Assembly: GCA_016192985.1 (NCBI GenBank)
Contig: JACPTC010000017.1
Coordinates: 65,766 to 129,765, forward strand
Length of the DNA stretch: 64,000 nucleotides
Source: Candidatus Woesearchaeota archaeon
Lineage (GTDB): Archaea; Nanobdellota; Nanobdellia; Woesearchaeales; GW2011-AR4
Direction of reading: 5' to 3'
Numbering within the stretch: position 1 is the stretch's first letter; each line of letters opens with the position of its first letter. Positions 47,543-56,994 of this stretch are shown one piece after another. The notes beneath the pieces are model-generated. The model saw nothing but the letters and a program-made list of their open reading frames with translations. It did not search any database and was not told where the DNA came from. Both the position numbers and the translations under genes were made by a program.

Positions 47543-50500
47543 TTATTCCTTCTCTGTACATTTCTGCACATTCTTTCTGACTTTTTGTAGTTTGCAATTA
47601 CCATATTTTGAGCATTCTTTAGGCGTCAAATCAGAACATTGTACCTTTATACATTTCTCTAATTCTTTAGTTTGTGTCCATCCGCATTTTCCATCGTTTT
47701 GTCTTTCGCATTTGCCAAATTCTTGATAGCAAGCGTATTTTGGTTTGTATTCGCATGTAGTAGCCATTTTGTCCATGTAAGAAGCCTCTCCGCAAAGCTC
47801 GCCAGAGCAGCCTCCAGCTTTGCATGGCTCAGGTTTATCAACGCATTTTATCCTATTCTTTCTTGCTTTTATGACTTCGCAATTATCGTATTTTTGGCAC
47901 TCATCTATTATTAATTCAGAGCATTTTCTTTTTACGCAAGTGCCATCTTTGCAGCCGCTCGCACATCTAAACATATCTCTTTGCGGATTATTGTTGGCAT
48001 CGCAGGAAAGCTCGATTACATAACATTCTTTGCCGTCGCAATAATCCTTATGCTCATAATTGCCTGCAGCTACTTTTACTGCACATTTGTCAGGCACAGG
48101 AGACAAATCCCAGCCAGGGTAATTTGTTGCAAGTGTTCCTTTGGTATAGTATTCTTTTCCGCCATCGGAGTCCACACATTTAAGTGCAGATGTAATCTCA
48201 ATTTCTTTTGTTGCCTTAATGCCTTTACCACTTATTTTGTCGAAAGTTACCCTATATTTTCCAGTTTTTACGCTAGTGCCTTTGCAATCAAGCCTTGCTG
48301 GCCAATCTCTGGAATCGCATGCAGAATAATCCATTTGGTTCCATACTCCTACATATTTCTGTTCTCCCGGTTTGATAGGTATTTCTGATATAATGAATGC
48401 GCAATCAAAAACCGGCCCATGATTTCTTACCATATTCCCTTTCAAATCGGTAATTGTAATCAAGGGATTGCAAGTGCTGTCTGTTTCCTGGCCTGTTTTT
48501 GAGCTATAATATAAAATTTCATCCCCATTGTTCTTTACAAAAATATCTATCTTTTCTCCAGCGTAATAACTTTCTTTTTGCGTTACTACTTCTAACCCAT
48601 TTTGAGGACTGATACATGCCCCATTTGAGCAGCCTTTAGCTCCGCAACCTTGTATTTTTCTTTTAGCAACGCCATTTTCACAATAAAACTCAGTCATTTC
48701 GCTTAAAAGTCCATTTCCTAAATCCATTCCAGAACACTCATCCGCAACTTCTATGGCATCAAAAAAAGCGTCAGGAAGACCGTCCCCTTTCACCACTCCT
48801 GGCAAATTCGAAGCCTTAATGCTACCTTTAACGTAGTAATTTATTCCTTCATCAGAATCTGTGCAATTTCCTTCTTGCACTGCGACAAAGTCACTGCAAA
48901 CGCTATACTTGTTCCCATGGCAAAGCTGAAGTTTCTGCCCGTTGCTTATTCCAAAGAAGCCGCTTAATGGTTGCGTTACCTTGATGTTTTCTCCAGAAGT
49001 GCAGAAATAATTAGGTGTGTGCATAATGGCTTTTTTATCATTCAAAAGGTGTACACATACATCAAAGTTTTTGGAATAAGTAACTTCCAAACTAGAATCT
49101 ACTATTTTAATTGATTGAAGTCTGACTTCCTCTGCTTCACAACTGTCAGTCTCAAAAGAACCACTTGAAGTAAAGCCAACAACCAAGGGCTTTCTGTTAT
49201 GGCCTCTTTCGCGCACCCATTCAACTTTATACTCATAATTTTTTCCTTGCACGGCTTCATTCCAACTGACTGAACTGCTGTCAGGCTGTCCAGACCATTC
49301 AGCTCCTCCAGCGATAGTTATGTCAACGCCCTTCGATTTTTCGTCAAATGGCCAATTAATCAATTGCCATGAAATAACAACATGAGGCAACCCATTCTTG
49401 CAAGTGGCAGTAGCACTTGAAGTTGCTGAAGGTTCGGAAGATGCTTGGACTTCAATTGGAACGCTTCGAACCAGCTCTTTAAACCCATTCTCTCCATAAT
49501 AAATAAGTTCGTAAGTGCCTGGGTTTTTTGGAGCTTGCAAAGCGCCGGTTCCTGACTTTAATCCCTTAATATAAAAAAATCCAAATTTGTCATTCCATTG
49601 CGCTCCTTTTGGAGCAAAGGCAATGTAGTCATTTTCAAATGCAGTGCCTAAATTGTCCCAATAAACAGAAAGTTCCTCTCCTGCTTTTACATCTGTTTTT
49701 GATGGTTTTATATTAACAAGTGAAACAACTTCAAAACTTGTACTAACCACGTTATTATCTCTGTCAAACTCTTTTAAATTATTTGAAGGGTCAAGCTTTA
49801 CAATGAGATTTTTCATTCCTTGTGTTGGGAACGTAAATATAAAAGCAGACATACAACTCTCGCCGGGTTGTAAAACAGTTGATTTGCCGCACGTATCAGA
49901 CTTATGAATATTTTGAATTCCATCATCATTATTGGAGTAAATATACAGCGTAGGCGAAGCAACAGCAGTGCCAATATTAACAACTTTAAAAGCTACAAGA
50001 ACTTCCTTATTTGATTCTCTGATGGTCGGTGATATAAAAAAGCCTTCAGGCACGGCAAGGTCTGGAAGACTGGCTGAAAGACTGCAAGTAGCATCAACTT
50101 CAAAAGAATTCACGCCACATTTACCTGTGTCTTTGTCACATTTATTAATACATGACGTTTCAGCGTAACTCTTCCAAGTTCTGGATGGCTTACAAGAAGT
50201 TTCGCTACCCTGTAATTCACTATAACCATCATGACATGCCCATTTTGCGTACCTAAATCCCACTGGTTGTTGTTTTTCAACGCATTTTTTCCTATTCTTT
50301 CTAACCTTTTTAAGCTCGCAATTATCGTATTTTTGGCACTCATCTATTATTAATTCAGAGCATTTCATGCACCTATCATTTCTGCAGCCATTTGGACACA
50401 TATAACTTGTTTTTTTACCTACATCCCCTTCGCAATAATACTCAGTTAGTTCGTTGTCCAAGCAAACATCATAATCCTTAGCTTCTTTTTTTCCTAATAT

Positions 50501-50635
50501 TACGAAACCCTTTTCGAAATAATTTTTTCCACCATCAGAATCTGTACATATCTTGGGCGGTGGAGGCGGTGGAGCTTTTGAGTTTACTGGCTGCACAAAT
50601 ACGTAAACAAACAAAATTGACAATAACGACAGCAA
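47543..50635 (-). CDS. Large secreted cysteine-rich repeat protein (surface protein candidate)
   Basis: 1030 aa. Signal peptide followed by PPPPPPK. Three C(T/V)DSD(G/E)G..Y..KG modules. Two near-identical KCSELIIDECQKYDNCE modules plus a third divergent copy; many Cys. Confidence 0.6.
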   Translation of the reverse strand: MLSLLSILFVYVFVQPVNSKAPPPPPPKICTDSDGGKNYFEKGFVILGKKEAKDYDVCLDNELTEYYCEGDVGKKTSYMCPNGCRNDRCMKCSELIIDECQKYDNCELKKVRKNRKKCVEKQQPVGFRYAKWACHDGYSELQGSETSCKPSRTWKSYAETSCINKCDKDTGKCGVNSFEVDATCSLSASLPDLAVPEGFFISPTIRESNKEVLVAFKVVNIGTAVASPTLYIYSNNDDGIQNIHKSDTCGKSTVLQPGESCMSAFIFTFPTQGMKNLIVKLDPSNNLKEFDRDNNVVSTSFEVVSLVNIKPSKTDVKAGEELSVYWDNLGTAFENDYIAFAPKGAQWNDKFGFFYIKGLKSGTGALQAPKNPGTYELIYYGENGFKELVRSVPIEVQASSEPSATSSATATCKNGLPHVVISWQLINWPFDEKSKGVDITIAGGAEWSGQPDSSSVSWNEAVQGKNYEYKVEWVRERGHNRKPLVVGFTSSGSFETDSCEAEEVRLQSIKIVDSSLEVTYSKNFDVCVHLLNDKKAIMHTPNYFCTSGENIKVTQPLSGFFGISNGQKLQLCHGNKYSVCSDFVAVQEGNCTDSDEGINYYVKGSIKASNLPGVVKGDGLPDAFFDAIEVADECSGMDLGNGLLSEMTEFYCENGVAKRKIQGCGAKGCSNGACISPQNGLEVVTQKESYYAGEKIDIFVKNNGDEILYYSSKTGQETDSTCNPLITITDLKGNMVRNHGPVFDCAFIISEIPIKPGEQKYVGVWNQMDYSACDSRDWPARLDCKGTSVKTGKYRVTFDKISGKGIKATKEIEITSALKCVDSDGGKEYYTKGTLATNYPGWDLSPVPDKCAVKVAAGNYEHKDYCDGKECYVIELSCDANNNPQRDMFRCASGCKDGTCVKRKCSELIIDECQKYDNCEVIKARKNRIKCVDKPEPCKAGGCSGELCGEASYMDKMATTCEYKPKYACYQEFGKCERQNDGKCGWTQTKELEKCIKVQCSDLTPKECSKYGNCKLQKVRKNVQKCTEKE
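47841..47927. repeat. Intragenic direct repeat, copy A, within the Cys-rich gene
   Basis: About 87 nt, with a perfect 49-nt core cgcaattatcgtatttttggcactcatctattattaattcagagcattt identical to copy B. Confidence 0.8.
50280..50366. repeat. Intragenic direct repeat, copy B, within the Cys-rich gene
   Basis: Matches 47841-47927; encodes the repeated KCSELIIDECQKYDNCE module. Confidence 0.8.
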
Positions 50636-50753
50636 GACTAACTTTTTGATGTTTCCCGCCTCTTTTTATGAATATTTATATTCCTTCTATTTAATATTTT
50701 CCATATCTAATAAAATAAAAGTATTTATATTGCCCATTCCATTCAAGTTATGT

Positions 50754-51152
50754 ATGATAAGGATAATATTAGATACAAATTTTTTATTAATCCCGCTACA
50801 ATTTAGGGTAGATATATTCTCTGAATTTAACAGAATATGCAAATTTAATTACGAATTATACATTTTTGAGCAGTCAATTTGCGAGCTAAGTAACATCATT
50901 GAAGAGCAGTCAGGTCTAAATAAAAAAGCAGCACGGTTTGCACTAAAACTCATTAAATTAAAGAATATCAAAATAATCAAATCCGAAAAAATTGATGTTG
51001 ATTTGCTGATACTTGACAGCATAAACAAAGATGTAATAATAGCTACACAAGATGCTGAGCTTAAAAAGGAGCTGCTAAAGAAAGGTGCTTCTTTAATCAT
51101 CCTGAGGCAGAAAAAATACCTGCATTTGATTGAGAGAAAGCTTTATAAATGA
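50754..51152 (+). CDS. PIN-domain nuclease, Fcf1/Utp24-like
   Basis: RIILDTNFL ... IIATQDAELKKEL acidic PIN residues. Occupies the conserved archaeal position upstream of rpoE'. Start chosen at MIRIILDTNF. Confidence 0.55.
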   Translation: MIRIILDTNFLLIPLQFRVDIFSEFNRICKFNYELYIFEQSICELSNIIEEQSGLNKKAARFALKLIKLKNIKIIKSEKIDVDLLILDSINKDVIIATQDAELKKELLKKGASLIILRQKKYLHLIERKLYK

Positions 51153-51176
51153 CTCGTGTATTCCGAATACGTTAAA

Positions 51177-51770
51177 ATGTTCTATAAGATTGAGCTGAAA
51201 GATCATATACGGATACCTCCTAATCTATTCAATTTGCCATTGGAGGAAGCAGTAGTCAAGAGAATAAAGACCAAATACAGCGGATATATATCAAAAGATC
51301 TTGGCATTGTGGTGGACGTGCCAGGGGTAAAGGAAATAGGGGAGGGCATTATCATAGCTGGGGACGGCGCATCATACTACAATGTTTCATTCGAGCTTTT
51401 AACATTCAAGCCCGAGATGCAGGAAATAGTGGTTGGAAAAATTAAAGATATAGCAGAGTTTGGAGCTTTCATCAACATAGGACCAATTGACGGCATGATA
51501 CACATTAGCCAGACCATGGATGATTTTGTCAGCTTCAGCAAGGACAAAGCACTGACAGGCAAGGAGACAAAACGTGTCCTGAAAGTAAATGATGTTTGCA
51601 GGGCACGAATAATTGCTGTATCTTTTAAAGACCCGCTAAACCCGAAACTGGGACTCACAATGAGGCAGCAGGGCCTTGGAAGACTTGACTGGATAAAAGA
51701 GGATCTTGAAGAGAAAACCGGCAAAAAAGAAGAAAAGGAACCAAGAGAAAGCAAAGAGAAGAAGAAATGA
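51177..51770 (+). CDS. rpoE: DNA-directed RNA polymerase subunit E' (Rpb7 homologue, S1 domain)
   Basis: MFYKIELKDHIRIPPNLF N-terminus, S1-like EIVVGKIKDIAEFGAFINIG. Confidence 0.8.
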   Translation: MFYKIELKDHIRIPPNLFNLPLEEAVVKRIKTKYSGYISKDLGIVVDVPGVKEIGEGIIIAGDGASYYNVSFELLTFKPEMQEIVVGKIKDIAEFGAFINIGPIDGMIHISQTMDDFVSFSKDKALTGKETKRVLKVNDVCRARIIAVSFKDPLNPKLGLTMRQQGLGRLDWIKEDLEEKTGKKEEKEPRESKEKKK

Positions 51771-51952
51771 AAAAAAAAGTATGCAAAAAATGCAGGATGT
51801 TTGTTGAAGGCAACGAATGTCCTGTCTGCAAGTCAAACCAATTTTCAACAAACTGGCAGGGCAGGCTTAACATTATCGATGCCAACAAATCGCTAATAGC
51901 AGAAAAAATAGGCATCAAGTCAAAAGGGGAATATTCTATTAAGGTAAGGTGA
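51767..51952 (+). CDS. spt4: Spt4 / RNA polymerase subunit E'' (zinc ribbon)
   Basis: 61 aa; CKKC...CPVC zinc ribbon; conserved position after rpoE'. Confidence 0.7.
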   Translation: MKKKVCKKCRMFVEGNECPVCKSNQFSTNWQGRLNIIDANKSLIAEKIGIKSKGEYSIKVR

Positions 51953-52254
51953 TTTTTATGCAGATGAATCTTACAAATAAAAAAGAAGAGCCACTTTTGT
52001 CAAGAACAAAAATTACAGCAAGATTAGAGTTCGAGAAAGCCACACCCTCTTATCAGGAAATAACCACACTGCTTGCAACTCACTTAAAGGCTGAAGAGAA
52101 GCTAATAGCTATAAGGCACATCTATAATTCATTCGGCAACAGGAAGGCAGAAGTAACCGCCTATATTTATGCGGACGAAATCAAGAAACAGGCTATAGAG
52201 CCAAAGGTCAAAGAGAAGAAGGAGAAAAAAGCAAAAGAAGAAAAGAAAAAGTAA
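51949..52254 (+). CDS. rps24e: Ribosomal protein S24e
   Basis: KKEEPLLSRTKITARLEF... typical S24e N-terminus and K/E-rich tail; start among MIFMQM is uncertain. Confidence 0.7.
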   Translation: MIFMQMNLTNKKEEPLLSRTKITARLEFEKATPSYQEITTLLATHLKAEEKLIAIRHIYNSFGNRKAEVTAYIYADEIKKQAIEPKVKEKKEKKAKEEKKK

Positions 52255-52259
52255 TTAAA

Positions 52260-52442
52260 ATGGCAAAGGAACAGGCAAAGAAGAAATTGAAAGGGAGATG
52301 GAATCTTTACGAGAAGTCAGGAGATAAACTAACAAGGAAAAATAAGTCATGCCCAAAATGCGGGCAGGGCACTTTTATGGCTAAACACTCAAACAGATGG
52401 AACTGCGGTCACTGTAAATATACAGAATTCTTGGGGAAATGA
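52260..52442 (+). CDS. rps27ae: Ribosomal protein S27a(e) (C4 zinc finger)
   Basis: CPKCGQGTFMAKHSNRWNCGHCKYT. Confidence 0.8.
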   Translation: MAKEQAKKKLKGRWNLYEKSGDKLTRKNKSCPKCGQGTFMAKHSNRWNCGHCKYTEFLGK

Positions 52443-52468
52443 CTTTTTTACATTATTTTATACATTAC

Positions 52469-53359
52469 TTATTTGTTGCTAAACTTCTGAAAAACAAGCA
52501 AATCTTCAGTTGTTAATTTCTCTCTTCTTTTGATTTTTTGCTGTATTTCCTCTTCCTTTGACTTCAAGAATAACTCTTGCTGCATCTTTATTATTTCATT
52601 TTTTTGAAAATTTATTTTGTCCAATTCCTCTTTTATGTCATTCATTATTTTCAATTTTTCCTTTAATTCAGCGTTTGCTTCTTTAAACCTTTTCTTAAAC
52701 TCAGAAAATTTTTTGAATGCGTCTTGCTCCTCATCTTTCATATTGTCAATCTCTGCAGAAATCTTTAATATTCCTTCATGCAAAATCTGGCTTTCTTTCG
52801 CCTTTTCCTGTATCAATCTATGGTTTTCATTTGCCTCTTTTCTCATCCCCTTGATCACATCAGAGATTTGATCGGTTTTTTTGCCTGCTTCTGCCATGAT
52901 ATCAGCATTTTCGTACAATTTTTTCAATTCTTTTATCCTTCTCATCAATGCCTGTTCTTTATCAAATGGCATCGGCTCTGTTTCTATCTTAAACTCAAGC
53001 TTTTCAATACTCTGCTTGATATTAGAAGGAGATTCCCTTATGTTCAATGATTTTTCAAGCTTGATTTTTTCTTTTCTTAGATTACCCAGCTCCTTTAATT
53101 TTTGAGATATGCCCCTGTTTATGCCGTCCCTTTTCGGTTTTAACTGCTTGACCTCATTAGTAAGCAAGTCTCTTTTGGCTTTACTGCTCTTTATCAGCTG
53201 GATAGCTTCTTTAATTTTTTTTGAGAATTCCTCTTTTTTCTTGAACCATGACTCTTTTTCTTTGTCCAGCCCATTCAGCAAATTCCTTAACGTAGATACC
53301 TCTGCCCTGTGCTTGTTCAGTTCTTGAACTAACTGATTTTGGCTTTGCTGTGATGTCAT
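52469..53359 (-). CDS. Coiled-coil protein (hypothetical)
   Basis: 296 aa, K/E/L-rich heptad-like sequence throughout. Confidence 0.35.
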   Translation of the reverse strand: MTSQQSQNQLVQELNKHRAEVSTLRNLLNGLDKEKESWFKKKEEFSKKIKEAIQLIKSSKAKRDLLTNEVKQLKPKRDGINRGISQKLKELGNLRKEKIKLEKSLNIRESPSNIKQSIEKLEFKIETEPMPFDKEQALMRRIKELKKLYENADIMAEAGKKTDQISDVIKGMRKEANENHRLIQEKAKESQILHEGILKISAEIDNMKDEEQDAFKKFSEFKKRFKEANAELKEKLKIMNDIKEELDKINFQKNEIIKMQQELFLKSKEEEIQQKIKRREKLTTEDLLVFQKFSNK

Positions 53360-53381
53360 GAATCTGATGCAAATGCATGTT

Positions 53382-53693
53382 TCAGCCGAATAAAGCGCCT
53401 AATCCAGCTGCTGCGGCCTCCTCACTTTTCTTCTCTTCAGCCACTTTCTTCTTTTCATCAACTTTTTCAGCCTTGTGCTCGCCATGTGCTACCGGCGCTG
53501 CCACTGCAACCTGAGCTACTGCTGCCTTTTCAATCGCTTCTTCTATGTTGACTCCTTCCAAAGCTGCGACAAGTGCCTTTGCCCTTGCGTCGTCAACCTT
53601 GACCTGTGCTGCTTCTAGCACTTTCTTGACATTCGCTTCATCAACCTTTTGGCCTGCCTTGTGAAGCAACATAGCTGCGTATATGTACTCCAT
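53382..53693 (-). CDS. rpl12: Ribosomal stalk protein P1 (L12e)
   Basis: [29 protein letters not shown]... Ala/Glu/Lys-rich hinge, C-terminal GLGALFG. Confidence 0.85.
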   Translation of the reverse strand: MEYIYAAMLLHKAGQKVDEANVKKVLEAAQVKVDDARAKALVAALEGVNIEEAIEKAAVAQVAVAAPVAHGEHKAEKVDEKKKVAEEKKSEEAAAAGLGALFG

Positions 53694-53696
53694 CGT

Positions 53697-54794
53697 CTAT
53701 ACCTCCAATTTGGTCCAAATAATTTTCTGGCCAATTTTGTTTGATTTTGTTATTAAACCTTTCTTATATAAATCTTTTAATGGCATGTTTACATTACTTT
53801 TTCTAACGCCTAATTTGAAAATTAATTCTTCTGTAGAAAGATTTTCCGATGAAAGCAAGTCAATAATTTCTTCCTTTGTTTCGTTATTTTTTCTTCTTAC
53901 ACCATTATAATTATTTCTAATTTCAATTAATTTTGATAGTTTATTTAACTTCGTGGGATGATTAAATCCAATTACTTGAAAATATTTTTCAATCTCTTTT
54001 GGTTTTATTGTTAAATAAAAATATGATTCTGATTTTTCAGCTATTTGAACATCGCTAAAATCTAATTTTCCTGTTAGTAATTCTTTTATAGATAATAAAA
54101 TATTTTTATTAGTTGAATAAATACTTATCTTATGATTCAAATCTACATTTCCTTCGTCATCAGCAAAAGCCCTGATTAGAGCTACGGAAAATTCTATTGG
54201 CAAATCTTTAATTCTTTCCGGGATTATGGCATTTCGTGTTTTGAAATCAATATTATAAAAGAATTTAATTAAGTCCGCAATAACTCTTGGGGACCTTAAA
54301 TCGTAACAGCCTGAATTTCTATAATAGATTTTTTCATCTACATCACCAAAAACAGATGAAATTAGTTTTTGGAAATTATCTATTAAGTCTTTATTTGAAT
54401 TTGTGTATATAGGAATATTATTCTTGTTGACGCTTCCATCTCCAATTAAATGTGCAATCAGGGCAAATAACTCTGGACTTTCGATTATCGGTAGTTTAGG
54501 ATTTTTAACCGCTAAGCTCGAATTAGGGCCTTTATAGGTGATAACATTGCTTTCAATTTCATTCCAATCAAGACCTCTTTTATTAACTATTTTTTTAATA
54601 TGGACTAAAGGTATGAATAGATTTAATTTTTTCCAAAAATGAATTACTTGAGGAGATACAGACAAGAAATTTGCTAATTTTTTTAACGAGCCAAAATAGT
54701 TTATACTATCATCTATAAATTTATCATTATCGCTAAGTAATATCCTAATCCTATCTGCTGGAAAATCTTTCAAATGAAATTTTTTAATTACCAT
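53697..54794 (-). CDS. Free-standing LAGLIDADG homing-endonuclease-like protein with flanking HTH domains
   Basis: Two LAGLIDADG motifs (LIAHLIGDGSV, LIRAFADDEGNV), an N-terminal HTH-like region and a C-terminal winged-helix-like region. Start codon directly abuts the P0 stop (TAAATG) and its stop lies 3 nt before the P1 start. Confidence 0.7.
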   Translation of the reverse strand: MVIKKFHLKDFPADRIRILLSDNDKFIDDSINYFGSLKKLANFLSVSPQVIHFWKKLNLFIPLVHIKKIVNKRGLDWNEIESNVITYKGPNSSLAVKNPKLPIIESPELFALIAHLIGDGSVNKNNIPIYTNSNKDLIDNFQKLISSVFGDVDEKIYYRNSGCYDLRSPRVIADLIKFFYNIDFKTRNAIIPERIKDLPIEFSVALIRAFADDEGNVDLNHKISIYSTNKNILLSIKELLTGKLDFSDVQIAEKSESYFYLTIKPKEIEKYFQVIGFNHPTKLNKLSKLIEIRNNYNGVRRKNNETKEEIIDLLSSENLSTEELIFKLGVRKSNVNMPLKDLYKKGLITKSNKIGQKIIWTKLEV

Positions 54795-55907
54795 TTATTT
54801 CTCTTTCTTCTCATGCTCTTCTGCTGATTTCTTATGAAGCTCATGGTATATTTTCTCAACTTCCTTTACTTCCTGCTGCTTTTCCCTCATTTTTATGTTT
54901 GCTTCAAGCTCTTTTTTTGTAGGAGCTTTTATTTCATGTGATTCTGATTTTTGTTCTTCAGGCATTATTTCTTGAAATTCTTTTTTTACTTCGGTTTTAT
55001 CTTCTGCATTTTCGTCTTTTATCTCATGCTTTTTTTCAAAAGTTTCTATATTTGCAGAATCTTTCAGGCTTATCATTTGCTGCTGGGCTTTTCCCAAAAG
55101 CAATTCAATGATTCCCTTGTCAAAAATATTTTGTGAAATTCCAAGATTTTTTGCGTCATTGTTTGCCTTTCCAATCAAAACCGAAATAGTTTCTTTTGTT
55201 GGGTAAGCAGAGTTCACTGCAAGATTAAATGCCCATCTTGAAGCATTGCTTAGCCTGTTTTTGTATTCTGTTTCGTCAATTGAAAGCACATCCTTTGTAT
55301 AGATTAACCCCCTTTCATAAACAGCAACCAGCTCAAGGCCGACTTCCATTGGCTGAATTCCAAGTCTTGTTAAGATTTCAGCAACCTTTGGCTTTATCTT
55401 TTCCCCGGCTTTTACAACAACTGTGTCCTCCTTTATAGCCACTTTGCCACTTTCCACTCCAGCTTTAATGCCAGCTAATGCAAGCTCTCCAATTATAGGT
55501 CCAGGAGCAAATGATGTTGGGCCTTTGCTTACAGCAATATCCCGAGGGGCTGTTTGGCCGGGCTTTGCCGGCGCAGGGCTTTTGTTTTTCTGCAGGGTTT
55601 TGCTTAGCTTGAAGGGATTTTCTTTTGTGAATATCAATGCAGGCATTCCGCCTAAATGAACTTCAAGCTTTTCAATACCTTCTTTTTTTGATTTTGTCTG
55701 TTCGATGGCAAGATTCATAAACCTTCTTTTTGTCATTGTAATCTTGAAGCTACTTCTCAATTGAGCCCTCATTGCCTGCAACTGCGGTGCAGGAAGATTC
55801 TCCATATTGACAACTGCGATTATAGGATACTCATTAATGAGGTTAACAAGACTGCCTACAATCTCCTTTTTGTATTCCGCAACATGCGCTTGTATTGCTT
55901 CTGCCAT
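54795..55907 (-). CDS. rpl10: Ribosomal stalk protein P0 (L10)
   Basis: MAEAIQAHVAEYKKEIV...; P0 core with long K/E-rich C-terminal extension; 370 aa. Confidence 0.85.
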   Translation of the reverse strand: MAEAIQAHVAEYKKEIVGSLVNLINEYPIIAVVNMENLPAPQLQAMRAQLRSSFKITMTKRRFMNLAIEQTKSKKEGIEKLEVHLGGMPALIFTKENPFKLSKTLQKNKSPAPAKPGQTAPRDIAVSKGPTSFAPGPIIGELALAGIKAGVESGKVAIKEDTVVVKAGEKIKPKVAEILTRLGIQPMEVGLELVAVYERGLIYTKDVLSIDETEYKNRLSNASRWAFNLAVNSAYPTKETISVLIGKANNDAKNLGISQNIFDKGIIELLLGKAQQQMISLKDSANIETFEKKHEIKDENAEDKTEVKKEFQEIMPEEQKSESHEIKAPTKKELEANIKMREKQQEVKEVEKIYHELHKKSAEEHEKKEK

Positions 55908-55910
55908 TTT

Positions 55911-56591
55911 TTATTTTGTTTCTTTTGCTACCTCAATTTTCTCTCCAATCTTGACAGGCTTTCCCATGGTTAATTTTACATACACTCCTTTGATGTTATG
56001 GCTTTCATTAGGCAATCCCTGTAGCAATGAATTATAAACAAAAATAGCGTTTTCAGTTGCTTTATTGATGTCCATATCCTCAACTCCAATAGCGCACTGG
56101 ATCAAAGGTGCGGTTCTTGCAGTTATTCTTACTGTGCGCTGCAGTTTCTCGTACAAGGCTCGGAGGTTTGCATTTGGAGGCACTATGCACCCAGACTTAG
56201 GATTTGGCATCTTTGCTCTTGGTCCGAATATCCTTCCAAAGGCAGTAGCAACTTTCGGCATTATGTTCGATTGGGCAATGAAAAAATCAAAGCTATTGGC
56301 AATTTTTCTTATTTCCCTTTTGTCCTTATACTTAGCGAAATTGTCTGCTAAAATCACAGAATCGCAAACTGATTGTGCCTGTTGCTCAAGCTCAGGCCCT
56401 ACCAAAGCACATACCTTTGCTTTCTTGCCTCTTGGGTGCGGCAATGTTACAAAGGCATCAACCTGATGCTCCTGCTTTTTTAAGTCAAGCCCTTTTAAGT
56501 TTATGATTAAGTCAAAACTCTGCTTAAAATTTCTTTTCTCAGAAATATCCTTTGCCTTTAGTAAAGCTGCTTGTATTTGTTCTTTATCCAT
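55911..56591 (-). CDS. rpl1: Ribosomal protein L1
   Basis: MDKEQIQAALLKAKDISEKRNFKQSFDLIINLKGLDLKK...; 226 aa. Confidence 0.9.
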   Translation of the reverse strand: MDKEQIQAALLKAKDISEKRNFKQSFDLIINLKGLDLKKQEHQVDAFVTLPHPRGKKAKVCALVGPELEQQAQSVCDSVILADNFAKYKDKREIRKIANSFDFFIAQSNIMPKVATAFGRIFGPRAKMPNPKSGCIVPPNANLRALYEKLQRTVRITARTAPLIQCAIGVEDMDINKATENAIFVYNSLLQGLPNESHNIKGVYVKLTMGKPVKIGEKIEVAKETK

Positions 56592-56716
56592 TTGCCCTCC
56601 TACCGAAGTAGTTTAACGGGTAATATATGTATGGAATATTGGAGGCTTTAAAAAAGTATGTGTTTTTGGAAAGATTTAAATATTCCTAGCTTAATGAGTT
56701 TTAAAGGGAATAATAA

Positions 56717-56959
56717 ATGAAAAAAGAGGTATTGTCAATTTTAATTTTGATGGCTATTTCCATAGTTGCCTGCCAGCAAGCTGTTAAAAAGGAAGTCATT
56801 GAAAAAATGCCTGAAGCGCCTAAGTTGGATGCGACAAGAGAAGCAGCTGTAGATTCTGTTGGCAAAGATTTGGACAATGTAAACAATGTTGAAAAAGACT
56901 TAAGCACAGAGGAACTTAGCGATTTAGATGCAGAATTGGCGGACATGCAAAATATTTAA
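56717..56959 (+). CDS. Small secreted/lipoprotein-like protein (hypothetical)
   Basis: Signal-peptide-like LSILILMAISIVAC followed by an acidic region; 80 aa. Confidence 0.3.
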   Translation: MKKEVLSILILMAISIVACQQAVKKEVIEKMPEAPKLDATREAAVDSVGKDLDNVNNVEKDLSTEELSDLDAELADMQNI

Positions 56960-56994
56960 GAAGATTTTTATAAAAATACTATTTCTTCTGGCTT

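Noticed and set aside
53697-54794. The LAGLIDADG ORF being an intein of P0 or P1
   Set aside because: It has its own ATG and stop, no Cys/Ser-1 or terminal HN/+1 nucleophile context, and P0 and P1 are each complete without it.
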